DNA of 64,000 nt from Spirochaetia bacterium (GTDB taxonomy: Bacteria; Spirochaetota; Spirochaetia; SZUA-6; Bin103). The notes under the pieces are model-generated. The model did no database searches. It saw only the letters and a list, made by a program, of their open reading frames with translations, and was not told where the DNA came from. Below, piece by piece: positions 49,255 through 59,858 of this stretch. The stretch is from assembly GCA_965198005.1 (NCBI GenBank), contig CBDAOI010000004.1, forward strand, positions 384,001 to 448,000. The letters are read 5' to 3'. The translations under genes and the position numbers were made by a program. The stretch's first letter is position 1, and the number at the start of each line of letters is the position of its first letter.

Positions 49255-49921
49255 CAGAAACGGCACCGCCGGGCAGTGTTTCGGGAGCGCCGGTGTGGCG
49301 GGAGCCGACCACCGCGCCCATGTAGGCGTGGCTGGTGTCGAACAGCAGCTTGAAGTTGGGGTGCCCCACCGCGTCGTGCAGGCGCACCACCTCGCTCGGC
49401 TTGTTGAGCCAGAAGCCGGGCTCGAACTCCCACATCAGGGTGACGCCGTGGTCGGCCGCGGCCGCGGCCAGCGCCTGCAGGCAGCGCACGGCGTTGGCGA
49501 ACCGCGCCTCGTAGGTGGCCGCAGCCAATGGCTCCGGCGGGCTGGCCGTATCCAGGCGCAGGGCGCCGATGCCGGCGTCGCTGCAGAACCGGAGGTAGGG
49601 CCGCAGGGTGGCGACGAACTGCCGTGGGCCGGCCAGCGCGGGCGGCGCCGCCTCCAGGTCCGGCAGGTGACCGTTCACGGCGTAGCCGGACACGCCCAGC
49701 CCCCGGTCGCCGAGGCGCGTCATCAGCTCGCGGCGCTTGGCGGCGGTGTCGTACAGGTCCGGGTGGGGATGGGGCGGCACCGCGTTGATCTCGACGCCGT
49801 CGTAGCCGTGCTCGGCGGTGTAGTCGACGAACCGCTCCCAGGACCAGGGATCGGCCTCGAACGGCCCGAACGAGAAGGCCCAGCTCCCCAGGGAGATCTT
49901 GGGAATGGTGTGGAGTCGCAT
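49255..49921 (-). pseudogene. Sugar phosphate isomerase/epimerase (xylose isomerase-like TIM barrel), 3' truncated
   Basis: 'GYDGVEI', 'WEFEPGF', 'LLFDTSHA'; final metal-ligand segment absent. Confidence 0.8.
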
Positions 49922-50021
49922 GACGGCAATGTGCCCCGTGGACGGCTGACTCGGCAACGGCAGGCGCGGCAGGCGCGGCGCGCTGGCGACGGACGGAATG
50001 GCGTGATAGTCTGAGCGAAGT

Positions 50022-50810
50022 ATGGATCTGGAGTTGACGGGCAAGGTCGCCATCGTAACCGGCGGCAGCTTCGGGCTCGGCCGGGCGATCGCCGCGCGCC
50101 TGGCGGCGGAAGGGGCGCGGGTGGCGATTGTGGCGCGCGGCCGCGAGGACCTGGAACGGGCCGCCACCGAGATCGCCGCGGCGAGCACCGGCGAGGTGAT
50201 TGCCGTTACGGCCGACGTGCGCGACCAGGCGCAGGTCGACGCCATGGTGCGGCAGGTGATCGATACCTGGGGCGGGATCGACATCCTGGTCAACAACGCC
50301 GGCACCTCGTCCGCCGGACCGTTCGCGACGATCGATGACGCCGTGCTGCAGGAGGACCTGGACCTGAAGCTGTTCGGCGCCGTGCACTGCACGCGTGCGG
50401 CCCTGTCCGCCCTGCTGCAGCGGCGCGGCGCGGTGGTCAACATCACCACTCCTCAGGGCAAGGCGCCGCCGGCCGGCACGATTCCGACCAGCGTCAGCCG
50501 CGCTGCCGGGATCGCCCTGACCAAGGCGCTCGCGAACGAGTACGCGGCCGCCGGTCTGCGCGTCAATACGGTCTGCGTGAACGGCTTCAAGAGCCGCCAG
50601 ATACACCGGCGCTGGGAGGCAGCCCACGCGCGCGACCCCGGGTACTCGCTGGACCAGTTCTACGCGGACGCGGGCCGCGCGATCGCGCTCGGGCGCTTCG
50701 GGGAGGCGGAAGAGGTCGCCGACGTGGTGGTGTTCCTCGCCTCGGCGCGGGCGTCGTTCGTCACCGGAACTGCAATCAACGCCGATGGCGGTTCCTCGCC
50801 GGTGGTGTAG
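50022..50810 (+). CDS. Short-chain dehydrogenase/reductase
   Basis: [12 protein letters not shown], 'SFVTG..INADGG'; atypical active site (TSVSR). Confidence 0.9.
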   Translation: MDLELTGKVAIVTGGSFGLGRAIAARLAAEGARVAIVARGREDLERAATEIAAASTGEVIAVTADVRDQAQVDAMVRQVIDTWGGIDILVNNAGTSSAGPFATIDDAVLQEDLDLKLFGAVHCTRAALSALLQRRGAVVNITTPQGKAPPAGTIPTSVSRAAGIALTKALANEYAAAGLRVNTVCVNGFKSRQIHRRWEAAHARDPGYSLDQFYADAGRAIALGRFGEAEEVADVVVFLASARASFVTGTAINADGGSSPVV

Positions 50811-52494
50811 CCGGCGCACCGGCCGGGCGACCGGCCGCCACGGTGCCGGCCGGTCGTGGCCACGCCGCCGACAGGGGCAGGCGTAGGGTGAAGGTCGTGC
50901 CGGGACCGTCGGTGTTGTTGGCCACGCTGATGGTGCCGCCGCTGGCGAGCACGGCCGCCTGCGCGATTGCCAGCCCCAGGCCGCTGCCGTCGTCGGCGTT
51001 GCCGCGGCGCTTGCCGCGGTAGAAGCGGTCGAAGATGTGCGGCAGATCCGCGGGCGCGATTCCCGGACCGCGGTCGCATACCTGCACCAGCGCCTCGGCG
51101 CCCGCGCAGTCGGCGCTGATCAGCACGTCGCCGCGGTTCCCGCTGCTGTAGCGGATCGCGTTGCGCATGACGTTGTCCAGCGCGATGTCGATCCCGGCCG
51201 GATCCACCTCCAGCTCCGGCTCGGCGGGACAGGACACGACCGCCACGCTCACGCCGGCCGCGGCCGCTTCGCGGGCGTGCCGCCGTTCGACCGCGCGCAC
51301 CAGGTCGTTGAGGCTGACCCGCACCGTCTGCGCCGTGGTCACCCCCGCTTGCAGCCGCGACAGATTCAGCAGGTTGGCCACGATCCATTCCATGCGTTCG
51401 ATCTGACGCCGGCAGTCGTGCAGGAACTCGATTCGGGTCGGGGCGTCAATCCGGCCCCGGGCGCCCTGCAGCAGCAACTCGTTGAAGGTCTTGAGGGCCG
51501 TGACCGGCGTGCGCAGCTCGTGCGACGCGTCGCCGATGAACCGGCGCAGGATGTCGCGTTCCTGCCGCAGGTCGTGCACGGTCGACTCCAGCTTCTCGGC
51601 CATGGCGTTGAACTGGCGGCTCAGCTCGCCGATCTCGTCGGCTTCGCCCGCCGGTGCGCGCGCTCCCAGGTCGCCGGCGCCCATTTTGAGGGCGGAGCGC
51701 GTGAGCCCTTCGATCGGGGCGGTGAGGCGGCGGCCAAACGCCAACCCCAGGATTGCGGCCAGACCGGCCGCGAGCAGGGCCGCGATCGCGAACGGACTCA
51801 AGAGGGTCTCGAGCGCTTCGGCCGGCAGGTCGGGGCTGCGCGCAATCTCGACGTATCCGACCGGGTTGTCCGGATCTCCGACCGGCTCGACGTGAATGTG
51901 GCGTACCCGGTTGCCGGCCTGCGTCGCAAACATAGCGGTCCCCGCCGCCCCGGTTTCCTCGTGCGGGAATTCGATCAGGCTGCCCCAGAGGCCGCTGCGC
52001 CGCCGCACCAGCATGGTGTAGGCGTCGGCCAGATCGAGCGTGCGCCGCGTCCGCCCGAGAATCGCGTTCAGTGCCGGGTCGGCCGAGACCGAGATCAGGG
52101 TCGCCCCTTGCAGGATGGAGTTGTCCCGGCCGCGGCCCATCGCCAACCGGATCCACACCTGATCCGGGCCGCCGGCGGACTCGGAGTCGGCGAGCACGCG
52201 ATGCTCGGGATCCAGGACGCGGATGCGCGAGTCGCTCATGAAGGCGGAGGTGCGCACCAGATGATCGAGGGTGGCCGGCTGCACGACCGGGACCAGCAGC
52301 GGCCGTACCTCGCGCGCCACCGCGGCGGCGTTCGACTGCAGGTAGGCGGTCTCGCGCCGCGCCACGAAGTGTCCGAACAGCAGCACCGACACCACGCCCA
52401 CGACGCCAATGGCCACCACCACGATGAGAATGAAGCTGCCCACCAAGCGCCAGCGGATCGATCGTAACGCGCGAATTCTGCGCCGTGCAGCCAT
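50776..52494 (-). CDS. Membrane sensor histidine kinase (HAMP-HisKA-HATPase)
   Basis: 'DASHELRTP', 'NAIRY', 'DRGPGI', 'FDRFYR', 'GSGLGLAI'. Confidence 0.95.
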   Translation of the reverse strand: MAARRRIRALRSIRWRLVGSFILIVVVAIGVVGVVSVLLFGHFVARRETAYLQSNAAAVAREVRPLLVPVVQPATLDHLVRTSAFMSDSRIRVLDPEHRVLADSESAGGPDQVWIRLAMGRGRDNSILQGATLISVSADPALNAILGRTRRTLDLADAYTMLVRRRSGLWGSLIEFPHEETGAAGTAMFATQAGNRVRHIHVEPVGDPDNPVGYVEIARSPDLPAEALETLLSPFAIAALLAAGLAAILGLAFGRRLTAPIEGLTRSALKMGAGDLGARAPAGEADEIGELSRQFNAMAEKLESTVHDLRQERDILRRFIGDASHELRTPVTALKTFNELLLQGARGRIDAPTRIEFLHDCRRQIERMEWIVANLLNLSRLQAGVTTAQTVRVSLNDLVRAVERRHAREAAAAGVSVAVVSCPAEPELEVDPAGIDIALDNVMRNAIRYSSGNRGDVLISADCAGAEALVQVCDRGPGIAPADLPHIFDRFYRGKRRGNADDGSGLGLAIAQAAVLASGGTISVANNTDGPGTTFTLRLPLSAAWPRPAGTVAAGRPAGAPATPPARNRHRR

Positions 52495-52506
52495 TTCCTC
52501 TATACC

Positions 52507-52547
52507 ATTAAGGTACCGTCTTCCAAGATTAAGGTACCGTCTTCCAA
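52507..52547. repeat. Perfect 20-bp direct repeat (21-bp period)
   Basis: ATTAAGGTACCGTCTTCCAA at 52507-52526 and 52528-52547. Confidence 0.9.
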
Positions 52548-52589
52548 CCCACCGTTTTCAGCCTACCGTGAAGTGCCGCGGCGGGTGCC

Positions 52590-53318
52590 TCAGGTGACGC
52601 CGCGGTCGGCGAACTTGTAGCCGTGGCCGCGCACGGTAACCAGCCGCCGCGGGTGGGTGGGATCGGCTTCCAGCTTCTCCCGCAGGTGGCGCATGTGGAC
52701 GTCCACCGTGCGGTCATAGCCGACGTCGGCCTGGTACCCCCACACCGCTTCCAGGATCTGGTCGCGGGTCACCGGGCGGTCCGGGTTGGAGATCAGGTAG
52801 CGCAACAGCCGGAATTCGGTGGGCGTCAGGTAGACGTTGCGCCCGCCCCGGAACACCTGCAACAGCTCCAGGTCGATGGTGACGTCGTCGAACGTCACTT
52901 TTTCGTTGCTGCTGCGCCGGGACAACTCCCCGTAGGCGCGGCGCAACAGGGCCCGGATGCGCGACAACAGCTCGCGCAGGTGATACGGCTTGACCACGTA
53001 GTCGTCGGCGCCCAGCTCGAAACCGAGTACCTTGTCGACCTCCTCGTCGCGTGCCGTCAGCATCAGGATCGGCTGGCGATACCCCTCGCTCCGGAGCCGC
53101 CGGCACAGGTCGAAGCCCGAGGTGTCCGGCAGCCGGATGTCGAGCACGATCAGATGCGGCGAGGATCCGGCCACCAGCTTGTGGCCGGCCGCGCCGGTCG
53201 GCGCCCAGCTCACCGCGTAGCCTTCCTGCTGCAGCGCGAACTTGAGCCCCTTCGCGACCGCGGGGTCGTCCTCGATCAGGACGATCCGCTGGTCCAGAAG
53301 GATTCGTTCTTCGGTCAT
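52590..53318 (-). CDS. OmpR/PhoB-family response regulator
   Basis: 'IEDD', 'LDIRLP', 'GADDYVVKP', 'LTPTEF.LL', 'TVRGHGY'. Confidence 0.95.
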   Translation of the reverse strand: MTEERILLDQRIVLIEDDPAVAKGLKFALQQEGYAVSWAPTGAAGHKLVAGSSPHLIVLDIRLPDTSGFDLCRRLRSEGYRQPILMLTARDEEVDKVLGFELGADDYVVKPYHLRELLSRIRALLRRAYGELSRRSSNEKVTFDDVTIDLELLQVFRGGRNVYLTPTEFRLLRYLISNPDRPVTRDQILEAVWGYQADVGYDRTVDVHMRHLREKLEADPTHPRRLVTVRGHGYKFADRGVT

Positions 53319-54628
53319 GCGGTTCCCAGGGCGCCCGCCCGCCGCAGCGTGGCAGCCAACTGGCGCGGCACCGTGGCGCGGATGCGATAGCCGTGTACGC
53401 CCGGCTCCTGCCGTTCGATGTGCCCGGCGGCGCGCACCGCGCCGAGCAGCTCCGCGGCGGCATACGGCACCTCCAGCTCGACCTGGACGTGGGCCGCCGC
53501 GAGGCGCCGGCGGATCTCGGCGCGTAGCGTATCGGTGCCCTCGCCGGTAACCGCGCTGACCGGGAGTTCCCCATTGAGATACAGCCGCAACGGCGAGTCG
53601 GCCGCCACCAAGTCGATCTTGTTGAGCACCGTGACGCGCGGCACGGCCGCGGCGCCGATCCGCTCCAGCACCTCGGCCACGGTCCCCTGCTGCAGCAGGC
53701 GCCGCGGATCGCCGGCATCCACCACCACCAGCAGCAGGCAGGCCGCGGCCACCTCTTCCAGCGTTGCCCGGAACGCGGCTACCAGTTGCGGCGGCAGCTT
53801 CTGAATGAACCCGACCGTGTCGGTGAGCAGCACCCGGCGGCCGGCGCCCAGCTCCCACCGGCGGGTGGTGGGATCGAGCGTCGCGAACAGATGATCGGCG
53901 GCCCGCACGCCGGCTCCCGTGAGGTGGTTCATCAGCGTGCTCTTGCCGGCGTTGGTATAGCCCACCAGCGCCAGCACCTCGCTCCCCGGCCCGCTCCGGC
54001 GCGCGCGGCCGTGGCGGCGCTGCTCGCGCAGCCGGTCGATGCGGGCGCGCAGCACGCCGAGCCGCCGCCGGATCTGGCGCCGGTCGGCCTCGATCTGGGC
54101 CTCGCCCGGACCGCGCAGTCCCACCCCTGCGCCGGCGCCGGCACGCCCACCCGCCTGCCGCGCCAGGTGGGTCCACATGCGGGTCAGGCGCGGCAGGCGG
54201 TACTCGAGCTGCGCCAGCTCGACCTGGAGCTGCCCTTCGCGGCTGCGCGCGTGGCGCGCGAACACGTCGAGAATCAGTGCGGTCCGGTCCAGCACCAGCA
54301 GCTCGCCGCCCGCCGCCTCGACGTTGCGGAGCTGCGCCGGGGTGAGCTCATCGTCGAACACCAGGACGCCGGCGCCGGCCGCGTGCGCCTGGTGCGCTGC
54401 GTCGGCCAGTCTGCCGGCGCCGAGGTAGGTGCGCGGATCGGGGCCCGCGCGCCGCTGCCAGGTCTGTCCCGCGACCGTCAGCCCCGCGGTCTCCGCCAGG
54501 CGCGCCAGTTCGTCCAGCGACTGTTCGATGCCCCACGCGGCGACCCCGGCGCGGTCGGCCGCGGTCGTATCCAGACCGACGAGGAACGCGGTCCGGCCGC
54601 GGGGCGCGGCGGCATCCCGGGCCGTCAT
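53315..54628 (-). CDS. hflX: GTPase HflX
   Basis: 'LDRTALILDVF', 'GPGE', 'GYTNAGKS', 'LFATLDPT', 'DTVGFI', 'NKID'. Confidence 0.96.
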   Translation of the reverse strand: MTARDAAAPRGRTAFLVGLDTTAADRAGVAAWGIEQSLDELARLAETAGLTVAGQTWQRRAGPDPRTYLGAGRLADAAHQAHAAGAGVLVFDDELTPAQLRNVEAAGGELLVLDRTALILDVFARHARSREGQLQVELAQLEYRLPRLTRMWTHLARQAGGRAGAGAGVGLRGPGEAQIEADRRQIRRRLGVLRARIDRLREQRRHGRARRSGPGSEVLALVGYTNAGKSTLMNHLTGAGVRAADHLFATLDPTTRRWELGAGRRVLLTDTVGFIQKLPPQLVAAFRATLEEVAAACLLLVVVDAGDPRRLLQQGTVAEVLERIGAAAVPRVTVLNKIDLVAADSPLRLYLNGELPVSAVTGEGTDTLRAEIRRRLAAAHVQVELEVPYAAAELLGAVRAAGHIERQEPGVHGYRIRATVPRQLAATLRRAGALGTA

Positions 54629-56106
54629 GCGGTGACGGCGCTCCCGCACCCGGCCGCCCCGGCCGGGCGGTACGTCCGTGCCGGCCGCCCGAGCAGATCG
54701 GCCAGCGCCGCGGCGCCGCGCGCGGCCGCCTGCTCCACCCGCCGCCGCTCGGCCGCCACCCGCCGCCGGCAGGCGTCAAGCTCCAGCCGGCCCGCGGTCC
54801 CCAGCGCGGTGCGCCGGTCCAGCGCCGCCGCCGCCTGTTGCTCCAGCGAGCCGCTGCCGGCCGCGGCGGCCTCTACGACGGCTGGCCCGGCCGTGCTCCC
54901 GCTCACGGGTGCGGCGGCGGCGCCGGCCGCGGTCGCCCGATACGCCGCGCGAAACGCCATCCCGCGCCGGACCAGGTCGAACGCCGCGTCGGTGGCGAAC
55001 AGCTCCGGCGTGAGCGCCCGCGCCAGCGCCTGCTCGTGCACCTGCAGCCGCTCGACCGTGAGCGCCAGCACCAGGAGCTGGCTGCGCACTATCTCCAGCG
55101 CCTGCAGATAGGGACGCTTGGTCTCCTGCAGGTCACGGTGGTAGCCGCTCGGCAGGTTGCGCACGATTCCCTTCACCGCGGCCGCATGGCCGGAGACGGT
55201 GGCCGCCTTGGCGCGCACCAGCTCCAACCCGTCGGGGTTGCGCTTGTGCGGCATGATGCTGCTGCCGGTGCACAGTTCGACCGGCAGCGACACGTAGCCC
55301 AGTTCCGGCAGCGAGAACAGGATCAGGTCCTGCGCCAGCCGGCTCAGGGTCAGCGCCACCTGATCCAGGGCGTCCAGGGTAATCGCCTCCAGCTTGCCGC
55401 GGCTGTTGCCGGCCGCCAGCACGTTGTGGATCGGGCCGTCGAACCCGAGCAGCGCCGCCACCCGCTCGCGGTCGAGCGGCAGCGGCACGCCGTAGCCGGC
55501 GGCGGACCCCAGCGGCGAGCGGTTGGTCAGCCGGTAGCAGGTGGCGACCAGCGCCAGATCGTCCAGCAGCTCCTCGGCGAACGCCGCCGCCCACAGTCCG
55601 AGCGAGGAGGGCATCGCCACCTGCGTGTGGGTGCGGCCCGGCATGGTGACCAGTTCATGGCGGCCGGCGAACGCCAGCAGCGCCCCGGCCAGGTCCAGCA
55701 GGCAGCGCTGCAGCTCGGTCAGCGCCTCGCGGCCGTACAGGCGCAGGGCCGCCATCACCTGGTCGTTGCGCGACCGCCCGGTGTGGATCCGCGCCCCGGC
55801 CGCGGTGCGCGCGGTCAGGAACCGTTCCAGCGCCGTGTGGCCGTCCTCGTCGCCCGGCTCGATCGCGAACGCGCCCCGCTCCGCCTGCTCCAGCGCCGCC
55901 AGCAGCCCCGCCCGCAGCGCGTCCAGCTCGTCCGCCGTGAGCACCCCGATCTCCGCCAGCATCACGGCGTGGGCGAGCGAGGCGGCGCAATCGGCCGCCA
56001 CCAGGGCGCGATCCAGCCGATAGTCGTCGCCGACCGTGAACTGCTCGATCAACCGGTCGAGGGGCTCACTCTTGTCCCACAGCCTGGTCCCCGAGCGGTC
56101 AGCCAT
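54625..56106 (-). CDS. argH: Argininosuccinate lyase
   Basis: 'HTGRSRNDQV', 'MPGRTHTQ.A', 'GSSIMPHKRNPD'. Confidence 0.95.
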   Translation of the reverse strand: MADRSGTRLWDKSEPLDRLIEQFTVGDDYRLDRALVAADCAASLAHAVMLAEIGVLTADELDALRAGLLAALEQAERGAFAIEPGDEDGHTALERFLTARTAAGARIHTGRSRNDQVMAALRLYGREALTELQRCLLDLAGALLAFAGRHELVTMPGRTHTQVAMPSSLGLWAAAFAEELLDDLALVATCYRLTNRSPLGSAAGYGVPLPLDRERVAALLGFDGPIHNVLAAGNSRGKLEAITLDALDQVALTLSRLAQDLILFSLPELGYVSLPVELCTGSSIMPHKRNPDGLELVRAKAATVSGHAAAVKGIVRNLPSGYHRDLQETKRPYLQALEIVRSQLLVLALTVERLQVHEQALARALTPELFATDAAFDLVRRGMAFRAAYRATAAGAAAAPVSGSTAGPAVVEAAAAGSGSLEQQAAAALDRRTALGTAGRLELDACRRRVAAERRRVEQAAARGAAALADLLGRPARTYRPAGAAGCGSAVTA

Positions 56107-57670
56107 ACACGCGCGCCACCGTCCCGGCGGCCACGAGGTTGAGCATCTTCTCCGTGGCCTGCGCGGCCGCCAGCACCTGATCGCTGTGCACCCCCTTGGT
56201 GGTGAACACCGCGTCCGGCTGCTCGGGATGCAGCCAGGTGATGGAGCATTGCACCAGGGCGTCGGACTTGCCGCCGGGCGGAATCGACACGTTGTAGTCG
56301 GCCAGCCGCGGCAGGCTGAGGTCGAGCCGGCGCGCGATGCTGCGCACGCTGTTCATGAACGCATCGTAGCCGCCGTCGCCCTGGGCGCTGGCCTCGTACT
56401 CGACGAACTCGCCGCCCGGCGTCGCGCGGTGGGCGAGCTTGACCGTCGCCATCGGCTTGAGTCCCATGCTCGACACCACCACGCAACTGCTCAGCACGAA
56501 GCTGCGGTCGTGGGGCGTTTCGAGCACGTCCGAGATGATGAACGGCAGGTCATCCTGGGTGATCGTCTGCTTGCGGTCGGCCAGCTCCTTGATCCGTTCC
56601 AGCACCAGCAGCGCCTGCTCCTCATCCAGCTCGATGCCGAGGTCGGTGAGATTGAATTCCAGGTTGCGCTTGCCGCTGAGCTTGCCCAGCGCGTAGCGGC
56701 GGCGGCGGGCGAACCGCTCCGGGGACAGCCGGCTGCTGTACAGGTCGCCCTTGTGGTCGCCATCGGCGTGGATCCCGGCCGTCTGAGTGAACACGTTTGG
56801 CCCGACGATCGGCTTGTTGAATGCCACCCGCCGCCCCGAGAACACCTCGATGCGCTCGCTGGCCACGATCAGCCTGGTTTCGTCCACGTTGGTGCGCAGG
56901 CCGAGAAAGTCGTGGATGCCCACCACCACCTCGTCCAGCGGCGTGTTGCCGGCGCGCTCGCCCATCCCATTGATCGTGCAGTGCACGCAGGAGGCGCCCG
57001 CCGCCACCGCCGCCAGCGTATTCGCCGTGGCCACGCCGTAGTCGTCGTGACCGTGGAAGTCGAACCGCAGCGTCGGATAGCGCCGGATCAGGCCGCCGAC
57101 GAATTCGGTTACCCGCGGCGGCGAGAGCAGCCCCAGGGTATCCGGCAGCATCACCCGCCACAGCTCGATCTCGGCCAGCTCGTCGAGCATCGCCCGCACG
57201 TAGCCGGGGGAATCGAGCATGCCGCCCGACCAGTCTTCCAGGTAGATGTTGCAGCGCACCCCGTGTGCGGTGGCATACGCCACCGTGTCGGCGATATCGC
57301 CGAAGTGCTCGGCCGGCTGCTTGCCGAGCTGGGTGGTGACGTGACGCAACGAGCCCTTGGCCAGGATGTTCATCACCGTGCCGCCGTGGGCGGTAATCCA
57401 GTCCACCGAGCGGTTGCCGTCGGTGAACCCGAGGATCTCGATCGCGTCGGTGCGGCCATGCTCGGCGGCCCAGGTCATCACCTCGCGCACCGCGTCGCGC
57501 TCGCCGGCGCTGACCAGGGCGCTGGTCAACTCCACGTGGTCGACCCGCACCTCGTCCAGCAGGACCTTGACGATCGCGAGCTTCTCGCCGGGCGTGTAGC
57601 TCACGTCCTGCATCTGCTCGCCGTCGCGCAGGGTGGTATCGACGATCTCGATCAGTCGGCTGGCGGCCAT
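56099..57670 (-). CDS. cimA: (R)-citramalate synthase, Leptospira-type (LeuA family)
   Basis: 'DTTLRDGEQ', 'YLEDWSGG', 'LPDTLG', 'HGHDDYG', 'GERAGN', 'TQTAGIHADGD' and C-terminal allosteric domain. Confidence 0.82.
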   Translation of the reverse strand: MAASRLIEIVDTTLRDGEQMQDVSYTPGEKLAIVKVLLDEVRVDHVELTSALVSAGERDAVREVMTWAAEHGRTDAIEILGFTDGNRSVDWITAHGGTVMNILAKGSLRHVTTQLGKQPAEHFGDIADTVAYATAHGVRCNIYLEDWSGGMLDSPGYVRAMLDELAEIELWRVMLPDTLGLLSPPRVTEFVGGLIRRYPTLRFDFHGHDDYGVATANTLAAVAAGASCVHCTINGMGERAGNTPLDEVVVGIHDFLGLRTNVDETRLIVASERIEVFSGRRVAFNKPIVGPNVFTQTAGIHADGDHKGDLYSSRLSPERFARRRRYALGKLSGKRNLEFNLTDLGIELDEEQALLVLERIKELADRKQTITQDDLPFIISDVLETPHDRSFVLSSCVVVSSMGLKPMATVKLAHRATPGGEFVEYEASAQGDGGYDAFMNSVRSIARRLDLSLPRLADYNVSIPPGGKSDALVQCSITWLHPEQPDAVFTTKGVHSDQVLAAAQATEKMLNLVAAGTVARVYG

Positions 57671-57797
57671 GCCGCGCATCATAACACTTTGCCGTCATCG
57701 CACGGAAGGCGCCGCGGAGATGACCTGCTGGCCGTGGTGCCGCACTCAATTGCCTCCCGCTCCTTGGAACGATAGAGTCAGTGCTCAGGCTACGGTA

Positions 57798-59548
57798 GTG
57801 AGCACGCCCCCCGTCCACCCGCGCATTCCCTACGGCGAGGCCGACTTCAGGCGTATCCGCCTGAACCGCTGGCTGTACGTCGACAAGACCCGATTCCTGC
57901 GGGGTCTCGAGGACGAGCGCTACGCCTTCCTGATCCGTCCGCGCCGCTTCGGCAAGTCGCTGTGGGTGTCCCTGCTGGAGAACTACTACGACCGCTTCTG
58001 GGCCGGCGACTTCGAGGCCACCTTCGCCGGCACCGACATCGGCCAGGACCCGACCGGGGAACAAAGCCGCTACGTCACCCTGCGCTTCAACTTCTCGATG
58101 GTCAACGACAAGCTCGAGACCCTGGAGCGGGAATTCGAGACCTACTGCCTCCTAGAGCTGCGGGGCGAGGCTGCGGCGCCATCCCGACCTGTTTCCCGAA
58201 GCGGCGGTGCGGCGACATCCTGGCGCCGCCCTCCATCGCCACCAAGCTATCCGAGCTGTTCCTGTACGCGGGCGACCATGACATCCCGCTGTACGTGCTG
58301 ATCGACGAGTACGACAACTTCGCCAACACCGTGCTGGCGTACCACGGCGCGGAGGCGTGCCACTCCTTCACCCACGGCGGCGGCTTCTACCGCAACTTCT
58401 TCGCCACGCTCAAGGGCGGCGCGGACCGCAGCGGCGGCGGTCTGGAGCGGCTGTTCATCACCGGCGTGTCGCCGATCACCATGGACGACGTGACCAGCGG
58501 CTTCAACATCGGCACCAACATCAGCCTGGAGCCGGACTTCAACGAGATGGTCGGCTTCACCGAGGCGGAGGTGCGGCGCCTGGTCGAGACCTACCGGGAG
58601 CTGGGCGTGTTCAACCAGGAGGTCGCGACCGCGATGGGCATCATGGGCCAGTGGTACAACGGCTACCGCTTCGCCAAGGCAGCCGAGACCGATCTGTACA
58701 ACACCGACATGGTGCTCTACTACCTGAAGCATTCGATGCCGAACCGAGAGGTGCCGGACGAACTGATCGACACCAACGTGCGCATCGACTACGGCAAGCT
58801 GCGTCACCTGCTGGTGACCGGGCGGCAGCTCAACGGCAACTTCGACCTGCTGCGGGACGTGATCGGCGAGGAGCAGGTGGACACCCGCATCCACTCGGGC
58901 TTTCCGTTGGAGGACCTCACCAAGCCGGAGAACTTCCTCTCGCTACTGCACTACTTCGGGCTGTTGAGCATCCGCGACGTGGTGGAGCGGGTGCCGCGGC
59001 TGGCGATCCCGAACCAGACCGTGAAGCGGTTGATGTACGGCTTCCTGCGCGATGGCTACCGTGACGTGGGGGTGTTTTCAGTTAATCTGTTCCGGTTCGA
59101 GCAACTGATGATGCGGATGGCCACCGAGGGCGAGTGGCGGCCGGCGTTCGAGTTCCTGAGCGAGGCGATTGCGCGGCAGACGGGGATTCGCGACTACATC
59201 GGCGGGGAGAAGGTGATTCAGGGGTTTCTGGCCGCCTATCTGAGCGTGGCCGATCATTTCGTGTTCCGCAATAACATCTGCCTGGAGCCGCTGGTGGCGC
59301 GCTACCCGCACCTGCGGCGGGGCTATCTGATCGAGCTCAAGTATCTGAAGCGCTCTGAGCGCTTGCAGCGCAACGAGTCGGTGGACGAGGCCGGGGTGGC
59401 GGCGGCGGTCGGGGAGGCGACGGCGCAGCTTGAGCGGTATCTGGCGGAGGAGCGGCTGGCGCGGCAGTTCCCGGGGGTGCGTTTCATCGGCCTGATCGTG
59501 GTGTTCCACGGCTGGGAGCTGGTATACTGCGATGCCGTGCGCCGGTGA
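57798..59548 (+). pseudogene. AAA-ATPase + PD-(D/E)XK (DUF1703-type) protein, frameshifted near 58165-58210
   Basis: 'YVDKT', 'RPRRFGKS' in one frame; 'IDEYD', 'ITGVSP', 'IELK' in another; nuclease motif region also looks shortened. Confidence 0.85.
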
Positions 59549-59858
59549 CCCGGACCCATGGTACGATCGCCGTCGCCCGAGCACTTCCTCGGCATCGGTC
59601 TAACTCTAAGTGGTCGGCGGCCGCTTGACAGTGCCCTCGTCAGCCTGGTATGGTAGTTCTGAACAGGGGCCTCCACGGCTATTTGACTGTATGCCGTACG
59701 CTCGTTCAGCCCGGACGAAGGTCGTTGGCACCGGGTACTATTTCAATTTCCGTGTTTCGGATGACGGAAAGGCAAAGCCGAGGGACCTATTCAAATGCGC
59801 AAAGCGCTGAGTGCAGACTGAAACGTGAATGTCCTGGCGAGCGAAAACGATCACGCTG

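Noticed and set aside
47547-50819. 1090-aa and 648-aa ORFs as real multidomain proteins
   Set aside because: They are read-through of GC-rich antisense frames and deletion-fused fragments; only the DMT, isomerase and oxidoreductase parts look coding
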